64,000 nucleotides of DNA from Chitinophagales bacterium. GTDB lineage: Bacteria; Bacteroidota; Bacteroidia; Chitinophagales; CAIODY01. The stretch spans positions 862 through 64,861 of the forward strand of contig CANFST010000008.1 of the NCBI GenBank assembly GCA_947449695.1, written 5' to 3'. A program made the translations under genes and the position numbers. Each line of letters begins with the position of its first letter. Position 1 is the stretch's first letter. The notes beneath the pieces are model-generated. The model was not told the DNA's origin. It was given only the letters and a program-made list of their open reading frames with translations, and did no database searches. Of this stretch, positions 26,908-36,909 are shown in pieces.

Positions 26908-29742
26908 TTATTTATTGTAGTTGTCTTCGTAAAACTTTTCGTAAGAATTGATGTCAGTGCTTTTCAGCAATAGGGCAAAATTATCTGCTGAAATAATCAT
27001 TACCTGATAATCGCTAGGTGTAAGCGGTGCAAATAAATTATTTTTATTATCAATCTCATCTACGTAATCAGCTGCTTCGTCGGCACTTTTAAACGATTTA
27101 ATACGCATCAGTTGCACACTCGAAGTAAGCATTTGTTGCTGTGCATCATAGTTGTCTAAACTATGTTGTTTTGAATTGTAGCTGCTTATTTTACCGATGA
27201 TAGTTGTATTTTTAGAACTAACCTTAGCAAAATAAACCAATACATAATGTTCCGATTCGGTTACATAAGTATAAGCTGCTTTAGATGAAGATTTTTTTAG
27301 AGATGAATTTTTAGAATTTTTTGTACTATCAATCGCAGGCTTATTCTCTTTGCTGCTATAATCGTGATTCATCTTTTGTGGATTGTTTAACAATGCCAAT
27401 AAATCTTGTGCTCGTTTTTTGACTTCATGCTCAGGATAATCACCCACGATTTTTTGTAAAGATGCCGTAAACTTAGGTTGTTCTTGCGTTTTGCCTATGC
27501 ACAAAGCTCTCATGAAATCCAATTTAGGTTTTAACTTATTGTTTCTGCTCATTGTATCAACAATGTTGCATCGTTCAATTACTTCGACATATTTTTTATC
27601 TAAATACAAGTTGTAGGTTTCTTCATAATAATTATTCATAGCTACCGCACTGATTGATTTTTTCTTAGCAAAATCAGGATCTTTAAGTGCTTTGGCAAAA
27701 TTTGAATTAGGAAATTTGTCTAGAATTTTATTTTTATATAATTCAGCTTTAGCAAAATCAGGTTTTTTGCTATATAGTAAGTAAAGATTGTAATAACATT
27801 CTTGTTCGTATTTATTAGTAGGATATCGGCTTAATAATTTTTCAAAAGTTTCTATGCTTCGTTTGTCATTTTTTAATTTCACTTTATAAATGTTTGCTAA
27901 ATCGAAGTAGGCATTTATTATTTTATCATCCGATTTTTTCTTTTGTTCATCTGATACTGGCACACCAGCTAAAGCCTTCTCAAGTTCGGTAGTTGTTCCG
28001 CTTTTTTTGTCATTAGCAGCTTTATCTTTTTTGTCTTCCTCTTTTTCTTTATCTTTATTTTCAACTGATGATGCAATGGCTTGTTTTGTATTTCTTCGCC
28101 AGTTATCCGCTAATTGTCTGTTGCCCCATTTTTTTATAAAATCGTTGTAGCCACTTCCTTTAGCAGAAGGATTATAGAAATACCAAGCACCTCCGTCATC
28201 ATCGTTTTTACCTGTTTCTTTGTTGTCGGTATTAGCTACTGATTTTCCAATTTTATCTAATGAATCTTCTAATTCTTTTTTGTGTTTTGTGGCTAACATT
28301 TTAGCTAATTTTTTTTCTAAATCAGCTGGGTTCATAGAACCTAATTTTTGCAAACTGTCTTCTTTTTGAATGATGCGGATTTTTGCCACTACATCGTCTA
28401 ACACTTCTTTTCGTTCTTTCACAGGTTGATAATCTTCGTGTGTGTTTGCTAAATAGTGTAAAGTGCTGTCATAGCGGTTTCTGGCAAGTATATATTGAGT
28501 TTTACCGTAATAAATATCAGCTAGTTTTTCAAATGATAAGCCTTTTTGAGTGGTGTTAATTGTGCTATAAAAAATAGATTGTTTTAAATCTGTAACTGCT
28601 TGTTTTTCATTTTTAGCACGAATATCTAAATCGGCTAATAAGTAATAAATTTCATCCCATTCATCTTTGAATCTTTTATCAGCAGCCATTTGCAATAAAA
28701 TACTCCTTGCTTCAGCTGAAACACCGCTGCCCAAAGCCATGCTTAGAAGAACAATTTTTTTACGGGCATTATAATCCATCACAAATTCTGGTTGCATATT
28801 CAATACTTTGCGGTAGGAGTTGATGGCATTTTTTTTATCACCTGCGGCTTCATACACTTGAGCAGTGATGAATGTATATCGCACCTGCATTTTTTTATCT
28901 TTTGTAAGTGTAATAGCTGTGTTTAATTGCACAATAGCTGCTTTATAGTCCTTATTTTTTATAAATAAATCAGCATGCAAAATTTTTAATTCATTTCTTA
29001 GTTTTAATGGAAATCCTTTACGGGCTTCTACATTGGCTGTAATTGCCTCGGCTTCATTAAATTTACCCATCTGTACGTAGGTTTTTATCAACCAAAGCAA
29101 AGCATCATCAGTAATTGGCTGATGATAGATTTTTTTTGTTTCAATTGGGATACCTTTTATGGTTTTAATTTTATACTTAGTTTGTATGTATTGAAACACT
29201 TCTAAAGCATCGTTATAATTTTTTTTGAAATAATAAGCCTTACCCATCAAAAAATAACAATCGGGTTTCCAAACTGAAATTGGATGGAATTGAATAGCTG
29301 TAGATGTTTTTTTGATAACTTCATCCATGTCAGCACTTACAGATGAAGCATCCGCATCGTAAGTAAATAAAGGCAAAATTTTTGTGTAATCATCAGGTTT
29401 TGATGTTTCTATTTTTTTTAAAGCTAAATTTAATTTCAATCGAGCATTGTAGTAATAGTTGTAGCGAACAGTAATATTTTGATAAATCTGCCTTGGGCTA
29501 TATTTGTGCTTCCCCTTGCGAATTGGCACACCATTAATTTCTTCGGGAGGTTCGCCATTTTTTATTGATGAGTTTGAAGTATTCCCAACTTCTTTTGTTG
29601 AGCCATCTTTTTTTTCATTCCCAACTTCTTTTTTATTGGCAGCAATAGTTTTTGATTTTGTTGACTGGGCTTTTGTGGAGGCAGGCAGTAGCAAACCAAT
29701 TGTTAAAACTGAAAATAATATGTGGTAGTGAAAAAATTTCAA
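26908..29742 (-). CDS. Large secreted TPR-repeat protein with a Lys/Glu/Asp-rich low-complexity insert; possibly PorW/SprE-like (unverified)
   Basis: TTG start. Signal peptide MKFFHYHILFSVLTIGLLLPASTKAQ. There are many TPR-like helices (CYFLMGKAYYFKKNYNDALEVFQYI, LWLIKTYVQMGKFNEAEAI, AQVYEAAGDKKNAINSYRKVL, ECYYNLYLLYSKKPDFAKAELY). The charged insert is ENKDKEKEEDKKDKAANDKK. No lipobox Cys. Confidence 0.55.
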   Translation of the reverse strand: MKFFHYHILFSVLTIGLLLPASTKAQSTKSKTIAANKKEVGNEKKDGSTKEVGNTSNSSIKNGEPPEEINGVPIRKGKHKYSPRQIYQNITVRYNYYYNARLKLNLALKKIETSKPDDYTKILPLFTYDADASSVSADMDEVIKKTSTAIQFHPISVWKPDCYFLMGKAYYFKKNYNDALEVFQYIQTKYKIKTIKGIPIETKKIYHQPITDDALLWLIKTYVQMGKFNEAEAITANVEARKGFPLKLRNELKILHADLFIKNKDYKAAIVQLNTAITLTKDKKMQVRYTFITAQVYEAAGDKKNAINSYRKVLNMQPEFVMDYNARKKIVLLSMALGSGVSAEARSILLQMAADKRFKDEWDEIYYLLADLDIRAKNEKQAVTDLKQSIFYSTINTTQKGLSFEKLADIYYGKTQYILARNRYDSTLHYLANTHEDYQPVKERKEVLDDVVAKIRIIQKEDSLQKLGSMNPADLEKKLAKMLATKHKKELEDSLDKIGKSVANTDNKETGKNDDDGGAWYFYNPSAKGSGYNDFIKKWGNRQLADNWRRNTKQAIASSVENKDKEKEEDKKDKAANDKKSGTTTELEKALAGVPVSDEQKKKSDDKIINAYFDLANIYKVKLKNDKRSIETFEKLLSRYPTNKYEQECYYNLYLLYSKKPDFAKAELYKNKILDKFPNSNFAKALKDPDFAKKKSISAVAMNNYYEETYNLYLDKKYVEVIERCNIVDTMSRNNKLKPKLDFMRALCIGKTQEQPKFTASLQKIVGDYPEHEVKKRAQDLLALLNNPQKMNHDYSSKENKPAIDSTKNSKNSSLKKSSSKAAYTYVTESEHYVLVYFAKVSSKNTTIIGKISSYNSKQHSLDNYDAQQQMLTSSVQLMRIKSFKSADEAADYVDEIDNKNNLFAPLTPSDYQVMIISADNFALLLKSTDINSYEKFYEDNYNK

Positions 29743-29903
29743 ACTAAATTCGTTGCGTATTTAATTGCTTAAAACGTTGATTGCAGCAAATTTATTTTAT
29801 TTTTAGCAAACAATCATTAAACTTCATAACAACTAATTTGGAATCGTCTAAATCAAATAAAACTTTTTGGCAACGCTTGCGTAATAAATATCGCTTGGTG
29901 ATA

Positions 29904-30728
29904 ATGAATGATAGCACTTATCAGGAGATAACTAGTTTACGTTTATCAAGATTAAATATTTTCATTGTACTTAGTACTTTAACAGTTTTATTGATTTTTA
30001 TAACTGTATTGATAATAGTTGCTACGCCTTTAAAAGAGTACATTCCTGGATATGGTGACGTGAGTAGCAGAAACGAATTGATTGAACTTCGAATTAAATC
30101 CGATTCGCTGGAACAATTATCTGCTGCAAATGATAAATATATACAAAATATTAATAACGTTATTAATGGAAATGTAAGCAGCGAAAAACCTGCGCCGCCT
30201 GAAAAAGTTGAAAATAATAATGTAAGCACAAAAAATTTGGATGCAGTTGCACCAGAAGATGGTGAATTAAGAGCTGAAGAAGAGCGGAAAGAAAAATTCT
30301 TGGTAAAAAATAAAAAGAATGAAGGCGGTTCATCATCGATAAATAACAAAATTTCTGATTTTTATTTTTTTACACCTTTAAAGGGAAATATCACTTCTGT
30401 ATTTAATGTCAAAGCTAATCACTATGGAGTTGATATTGTTGCTGCAAAAAATGAACCTGTAAAAGCTACTTTGGATGGTGTTGTAATTATAAGTGATTGG
30501 ACTGCCGACAACGGCTATACTTTATCCATTCAACACACTAATAATTTAATCTCAGTTTATAAACATAACTCGATTTTGTATAAAAAAGTTGGTAACTTTG
30601 TAAAAGCAGGAGATGTGATTTCAGTAGTGGGTAATACAGGCGAATTATCCAAAGGTCCGCATCTGCATTTCGAGTTATGGTACAATGGTATAGCCGTTAA
30701 TCCAAAAGATTTTATCAATTTCAATTAA
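29904..30728 (+). CDS. M23 (LytM-type) metallopeptidase with an N-terminal membrane anchor
   Basis: HYGVDIVAAKNEPVKATLDGVV and GNTGELSKGPHLHFELW give the HxxxD...HxH LytM motifs. The TM is NIFIVLSTLTVLLIFITVLIIVA. Start moved from the track TTG at 29781 to the first ATG (Met42). Confidence 0.85.
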   Translation: MNDSTYQEITSLRLSRLNIFIVLSTLTVLLIFITVLIIVATPLKEYIPGYGDVSSRNELIELRIKSDSLEQLSAANDKYIQNINNVINGNVSSEKPAPPEKVENNNVSTKNLDAVAPEDGELRAEEERKEKFLVKNKKNEGGSSSINNKISDFYFFTPLKGNITSVFNVKANHYGVDIVAAKNEPVKATLDGVVIISDWTADNGYTLSIQHTNNLISVYKHNSILYKKVGNFVKAGDVISVVGNTGELSKGPHLHFELWYNGIAVNPKDFINFN

Positions 30729-30754
30729 TCAACAACTTAAAACCTATATTTAAT

Positions 30755-31186
30755 ATGGCAATGTTTGACAATAATAATAGTAACAACAGTAATAAAAAGA
30801 ATCAACCAGTAATGCCAACCAATATCAACCCAGGTACTCAGCTGGAAGGTAATATAAGTAGTGATGGCGATATTCGATTGGATGGAAATATGATTGGTAA
30901 TATTGTTACAAAAGCTAAAGTTATCATAGGACCTCAGGGTAGCATTAACGGCAATATTGATTGCAGCAGTGCTGATGTTTTTGGTAAAATAAAAGGTAAC
31001 GTAAAAGTGAAAGAGCTGCTATTTCTGAAAAATTCTGCTAATATAGAAGGCGATATTTTTACTTCTAAATTAGTGGTTGAAAATGGCGCAACATTTAATG
31101 GTTCGTGTATTATGAACTCTACGATTGCAAACAATTCAAAAATGATAGAAAAAAAGCCTAATCAGTTGGTTGAAGAAATAGCTTAG
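30755..31186 (+). CDS. Bactofilin family cytoskeletal protein
   Basis: Repeating beta-helix pattern GNISSDGDIRLDGNMIGNIVTKAKVIIGPQGSINGNIDCSSADVFGKIKGNVKVKELLFLKNSANIEGDIFTSKLVVENGATFNGSC. Confidence 0.8.
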   Translation: MAMFDNNNSNNSNKKNQPVMPTNINPGTQLEGNISSDGDIRLDGNMIGNIVTKAKVIIGPQGSINGNIDCSSADVFGKIKGNVKVKELLFLKNSANIEGDIFTSKLVVENGATFNGSCIMNSTIANNSKMIEKKPNQLVEEIA

Positions 31187-31203
31187 TTTTATTTTTTATA
31201 AAT

Positions 31204-31240
31204 AAAAAGGTCGGATTGTGTTTACAACCCGACCTTTTTT
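31204..31240. terminator. Bidirectional rho-independent terminator between convergent genes
   Basis: GGTCGGATTGT (31209-31219) pairs with ACAACCCGACC (31224-31234), with one mismatch. It is flanked by an A-run upstream and T6 downstream, so it can serve both the bactofilin gene and the minus-strand lipoprotein gene. Confidence 0.8.
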
Positions 31241-31261
31241 GTTTCAAAACTTAATTTACTC

Positions 31262-32140
31262 TTATCTCAGATTAATAGTTTTTGTTATTCCATTTCTAGT
31301 AATTGTAGCCACATTATCACAAGTACCATTTCCAAAATCAATTGCAATCATTGATTTGCCAGATGGGGTGATATCCAACTCACCTTGCGTAAAATGTTTT
31401 CTGCAATTCATATCACGTACTAAATCTTTGCCAGAAGCTGTTGCAGCAGTAAATGATGTTCCGTTGGCAGCAGTTCCACTTGCACTTCCGATGATGTAAA
31501 ATTTATTTCCAACGTTATAATGATTAGGGTCACCAGCAAATTGCACTCTGTTTTTTGATTCGCTAAATGTGATAGTTCCGTTACCGTTTGGTTTAGCTAT
31601 ACTGAAATTAGATGTAATAGTCCAACTATAAAACTGAGTACCATTGTAAAAACCATTGTTAACAATATGTTTTGTGCTTGAATTATCAATTACAAACATA
31701 TCGGAACTTGAAGGACCAACTTGATAATTAACAAAATGTATATCAATTACAGCACCCGAATTATGATAATGACCAGTATATGTAATAATAATTTTACCTG
31801 AACGATAACGATTATCATGGCACAAACAAGGATTGGTTCCGAAATCAACACTTAAAGTATCCGGATTGCTACCACTGCCATTTTCATCATCAATTGTTGC
31901 ACAACCACTTAACATGCTAAATGAATTCTCTAAACGCATTCCCCCATTACCATGTCCTAACATTTGAGCTTGTTCAGCTAATGTTTGAACTTCTTGAGAT
32001 GTACCATCTACTGCTGTACCATCTTGTACTGCTGAAATTTCAGCATCTGTTAGTTTGTTTTTTTTGCATGATGTTAATAGCAGTGAACTTGTTGATAATG
32101 CGATTAACAAAAATGATGCAATAATTTTTTTGTAATTCAT
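31262..32140 (-). CDS. Lipoprotein of unknown function
   Basis: Lipobox LLLTSCKKNK after MNYKKIIASFLLIALSTSS. The mature part is Gly/Asn/Thr-rich and beta-rich with paired cysteines. I recognise no catalytic motif. Confidence 0.55.
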   Translation of the reverse strand: MNYKKIIASFLLIALSTSSLLLTSCKKNKLTDAEISAVQDGTAVDGTSQEVQTLAEQAQMLGHGNGGMRLENSFSMLSGCATIDDENGSGSNPDTLSVDFGTNPCLCHDNRYRSGKIIITYTGHYHNSGAVIDIHFVNYQVGPSSSDMFVIDNSSTKHIVNNGFYNGTQFYSWTITSNFSIAKPNGNGTITFSESKNRVQFAGDPNHYNVGNKFYIIGSASGTAANGTSFTAATASGKDLVRDMNCRKHFTQGELDITPSGKSMIAIDFGNGTCDNVATITRNGITKTINLR

Positions 32141-32310
32141 AAAAAAAATTTAATCAATAAAAGAAATTGTTTTGCTCTTGTGTGTGTTCTGACTCAAACG
32201 CAAAGTTAAGGTTTAATAGTAGTAGAAAATATTTTTTAAAAAATATTTGGAAAAAGTAAAATAGCGCTATATCTTCGTCCCAGTTTTCATAGTTTTAAAT
32301 TTTAAGGTTA

Positions 32311-32345
32311 AAAAAGGGGGACAATTAATTGTTCCCTTTTTTTAT
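32311..32345 (-). terminator. Rho-independent terminator downstream of the MlaD-family gene (hairpin flanked by A and T runs)
   Basis: AAAAAAGGGGGACAATTAATTGTTCCCTTTTTTT forms a ~10-bp stem with one bulge. It lies about 30 nt beyond the stop at 32377. Confidence 0.7.
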
Positions 32346-32376
32346 TTTATACCTCTCAAGTTTTTCTTTCTCCAAT

Positions 32377-33339
32377 CTATTTTGTTGACTTGCCACCAAA
32401 GATGCTGAAATGCACGTAACGCTTTGGGTTTGCTTTTAAGTCAATCACCAATTTATCTAAGTTGGCCGAAGATGATTTTAAATTATTATACAATTTATCA
32501 TCATTCACCAGCAAGCCAATAGAGCCTTCTCCAGTTTTTATTTTATTTACAATTACTGATAAATCAGCCATTGTTTTGTTGGTGTTTTCAATGGTTTGTT
32601 TCAAATTGCTTTTCGAGACATCATCAGTAATTTGATTAATGTTTTTCAAAGCATTGCTAATCACTGCATTATTGTTTTTCAAATTAGCAGTAATTTCATC
32701 TACATTTTTAATGATAGAATTCAATCGCTCGGATGATCCTTTCACCATCGTGTTCATACTTTCTGAAGTTTCTTTTAAATTATGAATCGTCAGCTGGATT
32801 TCACTAAATGCACTTCTGAATCCTTTGTTACCACCTTTGTTCATCATATCTGAAAACTGCGCCAATATGGTATCCATTGATTCCATCACAGTAATAGCAC
32901 GTTGTTTTATCGGTGCAATTTCTTCGGTGAATTGTGATAAAATAGAGGCCGTACTTTCTCCTTTTAATGTATCCCCTGAATTAGCCATCTCTTTAGTGTC
33001 GATATTTTGCAAACTCACTACTGTATTGCTTAATGGCACTTGATTGATTTTGAAAACTGTGTTTTTATAAATTTTTATTTTTCTATCAATATCAAATCTA
33101 ACCAAAATCATGTTATTGCGCTCGGGAACAATTTGCATCGATTGCACTTTACCAACTTTAAATCCGTTGATTTGAACTTCATTTGAAATGCCCAATCCAT
33201 CAATATTTTGGTAGTAAACATAAAATTTTTGAACATTAGAAAACATATCACTTCCCTTCAAAAAATTGTAACCTGAAAAAATTACAATAACCGTTGCTAA
33301 TACAAATATTCCTACTTTAATTTCGTTGCTTAATTTCAC
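32377..33339 (-). CDS. MlaD/MCE-domain protein
   Basis: An N-terminal TM (IKVGIFVLATVIVIFSGYNFL) is followed by the MCE core YVYYQNIDGLGISNEVQINGFKVGKVQSMQI and a long helical C-terminal region. No mlaE or mlaF is adjacent. Confidence 0.75.
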   Translation of the reverse strand: MKLSNEIKVGIFVLATVIVIFSGYNFLKGSDMFSNVQKFYVYYQNIDGLGISNEVQINGFKVGKVQSMQIVPERNNMILVRFDIDRKIKIYKNTVFKINQVPLSNTVVSLQNIDTKEMANSGDTLKGESTASILSQFTEEIAPIKQRAITVMESMDTILAQFSDMMNKGGNKGFRSAFSEIQLTIHNLKETSESMNTMVKGSSERLNSIIKNVDEITANLKNNNAVISNALKNINQITDDVSKSNLKQTIENTNKTMADLSVIVNKIKTGEGSIGLLVNDDKLYNNLKSSSANLDKLVIDLKANPKRYVHFSIFGGKSTK

Positions 33340-33445
33340 GTGGTAAAAAAATTTGCCCGAAAATTAAACAGAATTCAGCAATTGACGACTATCATTTGGC
33401 AACAACTTAATTTTAGAACTACATTTACAATCAATTCTTTTTGTC

Positions 33446-34846
33446 ATGAAAATATCATTCCACGGTGCTGCACATTGCGTTACAGGCAGTAAACATTTAA
33501 TCACTTTAAAAAACAACAAAAAAATATTGCTCGATTGTGGCATGTTTCAAGGCAGCGGCGGTGATACAGAAGTATTGAATCGCACCTGGGGCTTTAACCC
33601 CGAAGAAGTGGATGTATTAATACTTTCACATGCCCACATTGACCATTCTGGTTTGATTCCGAAGTTTGTAAAAGATGGTTTTCGTGGTAAAATATTTTGC
33701 ACACCAGCTACTTTAGATTTAACAGAAATTTTGTTGTACGATTCAGCTTACATTCAAGAAAGCGATATCAGATTTGTGAATAAAAAAAGAGCTGAGCAAA
33801 AATTAGAATTGTACAAACCATTGTATTCAGCTGAAGATGTAAAAAAATGTTTGTCGCTTTTTAAAGCAGTTGATTACGAACAGATTTTTGAACCATTAGA
33901 TAATGTGAAAGCACATTTTACTGATGTTGGACATATTGTTGGCAGTGCAGCAGTGCATTTAGATATAGAAGAGAATGGAAAAAACAGGCGCATCACTTTT
34001 TCAGGTGACATAGGCAGATATAATGGTGCTATTTTAAATTCGCCTAAAACATTCCGTCAGGCAGATATTATTATTTGTGAATCAACTTATGGTGATAAGC
34101 TGCATGATGATAAAGAACTCACTTCACAACAATTGCTCGATGCTATTTCTTACACATGCTTGAAGAAGAAAGGCAATTTAATTATTCCAGCATTTAGTGT
34201 TGGCAGAACGCAGGAAATTTTATTTGCTTTAAATCAATTGGAGTTGAATGGCAAGTTGCCGCAGTTAGATTATTATGTAGATAGTCCGCTTTCAGCCGAG
34301 GCAACTATGGTTTTGAAAAAACATAAAGAATGTTTTAATCCACATTTGCAAAAAATCATGTTAGCTGATAAAGACCCATTCGATTTTCCTGGCTTAGAAT
34401 TCATTATTGATAAAACCAATTCGCAACAATTAAATGACCGAAAAGATTCAATGGTTATCATTTCAGCATCGGGCATGGCTGATGCCGGAAGAGTGAAGCA
34501 CCATATTGCACACAATATTACGAATGCAAAAAACACGATTTTAATTGTGGGTTATTGTGAACCAAATTCTTTGGGTGGAAAGCTGATGAGAGGCGATAAA
34601 AAAGTGAGGGTTTATGGCGATGAATATCCTGTAGTAGCTGATGTAGAGATTATCCGTTCGTTTAGTGCTCATGGAGATTACGAAGATATTTCACAGTTTT
34701 TAGCTTGTCAGAATGTGAAAGCCGTAGAGAATTTTTTTGTTGTGCATGGTGAATACGAAACACAGCTACACTTTCAAGCCCGATTATTGAAAAAAGGTTT
34801 TTGCGAAGTGATTGTGCCAAAAATGCACCAAGAAGTATTTGTTTGA
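33446..34846 (+). CDS. MBL-fold beta-CASP family hydrolase (RNA-metabolising type)
   Basis: HxHxDH motif LILSHAHIDHSG. Beta-CASP-like segments are ESTYGD, PAFSVGRTQE and SAHGDYEDI. Length is about 466 aa. Confidence 0.8.
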   Translation: MKISFHGAAHCVTGSKHLITLKNNKKILLDCGMFQGSGGDTEVLNRTWGFNPEEVDVLILSHAHIDHSGLIPKFVKDGFRGKIFCTPATLDLTEILLYDSAYIQESDIRFVNKKRAEQKLELYKPLYSAEDVKKCLSLFKAVDYEQIFEPLDNVKAHFTDVGHIVGSAAVHLDIEENGKNRRITFSGDIGRYNGAILNSPKTFRQADIIICESTYGDKLHDDKELTSQQLLDAISYTCLKKKGNLIIPAFSVGRTQEILFALNQLELNGKLPQLDYYVDSPLSAEATMVLKKHKECFNPHLQKIMLADKDPFDFPGLEFIIDKTNSQQLNDRKDSMVIISASGMADAGRVKHHIAHNITNAKNTILIVGYCEPNSLGGKLMRGDKKVRVYGDEYPVVADVEIIRSFSAHGDYEDISQFLACQNVKAVENFFVVHGEYETQLHFQARLLKKGFCEVIVPKMHQEVFV

Positions 34847-34857
34847 TTTTTAACGCT

Positions 34858-36906
34858 TTATTTTAGTTGTCCTAAAATTTGGTTGGCTGCTTGTACCCAG
34901 TTAGAGTTTAGTTGTGTAGCGGTATTCAAGCAGTTGTAAGCATTATTTTTACTGCCCGTCATAGCATAAGCATAACCCAAATAAAAATAGTAAGCATCGC
35001 TCGTTTTGTATTTGCTGATGGCGTTGCTGAAATAATTGATGCAACCTTGTGCATCTTTTTTCTGCATATAACAATTGAACAAAATGCTGATAGCATCACT
35101 GTTTTCAGCATAAACACCCAAAGTTTTTTTTGCGTAAACAATCGCTTCATCAATTTTTCCTTGCTTCATTAATGTATCAGCTATAGCGTTGTATTGCTTT
35201 TCCAGTTTGGGTTTGCGCTTTACCACACATATCAAAGGAACACCATCTAATTCTTCCACATGAATTGTGTTGGCTGGAGGGAAATAGCCAGGTGTTTCTA
35301 ACATTTCTTTATCTAAAAATCTAGTGTAAAAAATTCCATACTCCCAATCATTCATGTTGTTACGATTTTTGAAATTAACATAACCAACAAATAGGGTTTG
35401 GTGAGGAAATTTAATCCCGAAATTTCCATCAGTCCCGTTCTTAATATCATAATGAATAGGCTTTTCAGCGTTATTAAATTCTAAAGCATAATATCGAATC
35501 GGGTCAACACAATTTGTTCGGATACTGAATGAATCTTTTCTGTTGTGCAATTTTTCATTTTCCACCAACCATTTGAAAGCAGGTTTTGCAGAATTCATCC
35601 AATAATCTGTTTCAAAATTTCCGTAGGCATTTTGTATTCCACCAAAATATTCATTGAAATACAAGTATTCATTCGGATGATTTTTCGCGATGAATTTTAA
35701 TGGCAAAAACAGCAACAGTACTGCAATAGCAAGCGGAACGAATTTTAAATTTCCTTTCATTGCACTCACCAAATAATTCCAAAACAACGCAGCTAAAACC
35801 ACCAACGGCGGATAAATAAACAAGAAATGTCGCCAGCCATCGTACAACGCAGAGCTTTTGTAAGCGGCATAAGCCCAAGGAAAAACACCCACAAATGCCA
35901 CAATTAAAATGAAAAACCAGTTGTACATTTTTTTGCTAAAAAAGAAAGTAACCGCAAACCCAATCAAGCCTATTAAAAATATTAATGGTGCTGTAATGCT
36001 TATTAATCTTGGAATGTAGCTCGTCGGCACTTCATTATTCATGATTTTTTCTCCATCAAATAACATAGAAATTGGGGTAAAAAAATGACTCATCACACTT
36101 AATGTTTCTAGTGGGTGAGCGATTGGGCTGCTATGCCCAAAGGGCCAGCAAAGTAAGCCCAATGCATATCCTGCGCCACTTATCAAAACTAAACGAATGA
36201 TTAATTTTTGATTGAACCAAGTTTTTAATTCTTTTTGGATGAAGCAAAATGTGAATACAAACATCCACATGTAAAAAATCAGAAGCAATCCACCAATTCT
36301 AACACCTAATGCAGCACCGATTCCAAGCGCAAGAAGGATGCTAGTTTTCAAATGCGGCTTTGGTAATTGTTTCAGGAATTTGATGAGTTGATAAACTGAA
36401 AAAATACTGAACGATGCAAACGGAATATCTTTTGGATTGTTAAAACAATGACCTAAATAACTAGGCGACAAGGCTAAAATCAACAAAGCCAACAACGCCG
36501 CAAACCAGCCACCAATCTCACCTGCAAGCAATCCTGTTGAAATAATTCCGAATGCACCAACCGCTGCAATCCAGAAATGTTGCATTTCATAATCACCCCA
36601 CCAACCAACTTTATGATTCCAAATCGATACCCAAACATCCATCAATCCACCATAATAGTGGATTCCACTCTCTTCAAATTTTTTAGAATCTTCTACTCGT
36701 TTCCAATCTAAAATAGATTTATCGCCATGAAAAAAATAATTATAAATCGCATTGCCGTAGTCGTGATGCCAGTGTTCATCGCCTGTTACACCGAAATCAA
36801 AACTTTTCATCGGCATAATAATTATTAACGAAAATGCCACAATCCAAAATGCCATTTTCAAAAAAGCATTTGTTTTTGGGCTGAATGAATTATTTGTTGC
36901 TAACAT
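34858..36906 (-). CDS. Polytopic GT-C-type (ArnT/PMT/GT39-like) glycosyltransferase with a C-terminal TPR domain
   Basis: About 11-13 predicted TM helices. The first extracytoplasmic loop carries an acidic motif, VTGDEHWHHDYG, directly after TM1. HCFNNPKDIPFASF is also present. The soluble C-terminal ~230 aa end in TPR-like helices (QGKIDEAIVYAKKTLGVY, YYFYLGYAYAMTGSKNNAYNCLNTA). The gene lies 3 nt downstream of a GT2 gene. Confidence 0.6.
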   Translation of the reverse strand: MLATNNSFSPKTNAFLKMAFWIVAFSLIIIMPMKSFDFGVTGDEHWHHDYGNAIYNYFFHGDKSILDWKRVEDSKKFEESGIHYYGGLMDVWVSIWNHKVGWWGDYEMQHFWIAAVGAFGIISTGLLAGEIGGWFAALLALLILALSPSYLGHCFNNPKDIPFASFSIFSVYQLIKFLKQLPKPHLKTSILLALGIGAALGVRIGGLLLIFYMWMFVFTFCFIQKELKTWFNQKLIIRLVLISGAGYALGLLCWPFGHSSPIAHPLETLSVMSHFFTPISMLFDGEKIMNNEVPTSYIPRLISITAPLIFLIGLIGFAVTFFFSKKMYNWFFILIVAFVGVFPWAYAAYKSSALYDGWRHFLFIYPPLVVLAALFWNYLVSAMKGNLKFVPLAIAVLLLFLPLKFIAKNHPNEYLYFNEYFGGIQNAYGNFETDYWMNSAKPAFKWLVENEKLHNRKDSFSIRTNCVDPIRYYALEFNNAEKPIHYDIKNGTDGNFGIKFPHQTLFVGYVNFKNRNNMNDWEYGIFYTRFLDKEMLETPGYFPPANTIHVEELDGVPLICVVKRKPKLEKQYNAIADTLMKQGKIDEAIVYAKKTLGVYAENSDAISILFNCYMQKKDAQGCINYFSNAISKYKTSDAYYFYLGYAYAMTGSKNNAYNCLNTATQLNSNWVQAANQILGQLK

Positions 36907-36909
36907 GAT

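Noticed and set aside
32226-32270. AT-only near-perfect palindrome AAAATATTTTTT/AAAAAATATTTG and the 10-bp palindrome ATAGCGCTAT in the 32141-32376 intergenic region
   Set aside because: The first is pure A/T low complexity and is expected by chance in this composition. The second is short. There is no nearby regulator gene to tie them to. An operator role is possible but unsupported.
32377-33339. The MlaD gene considered as part of an Mla phospholipid transport operon
   Set aside because: No MlaE permease or MlaF ATPase is adjacent. Stand-alone MCE-domain genes are common in Bacteroidota, so I treat it as an ordinary single gene.
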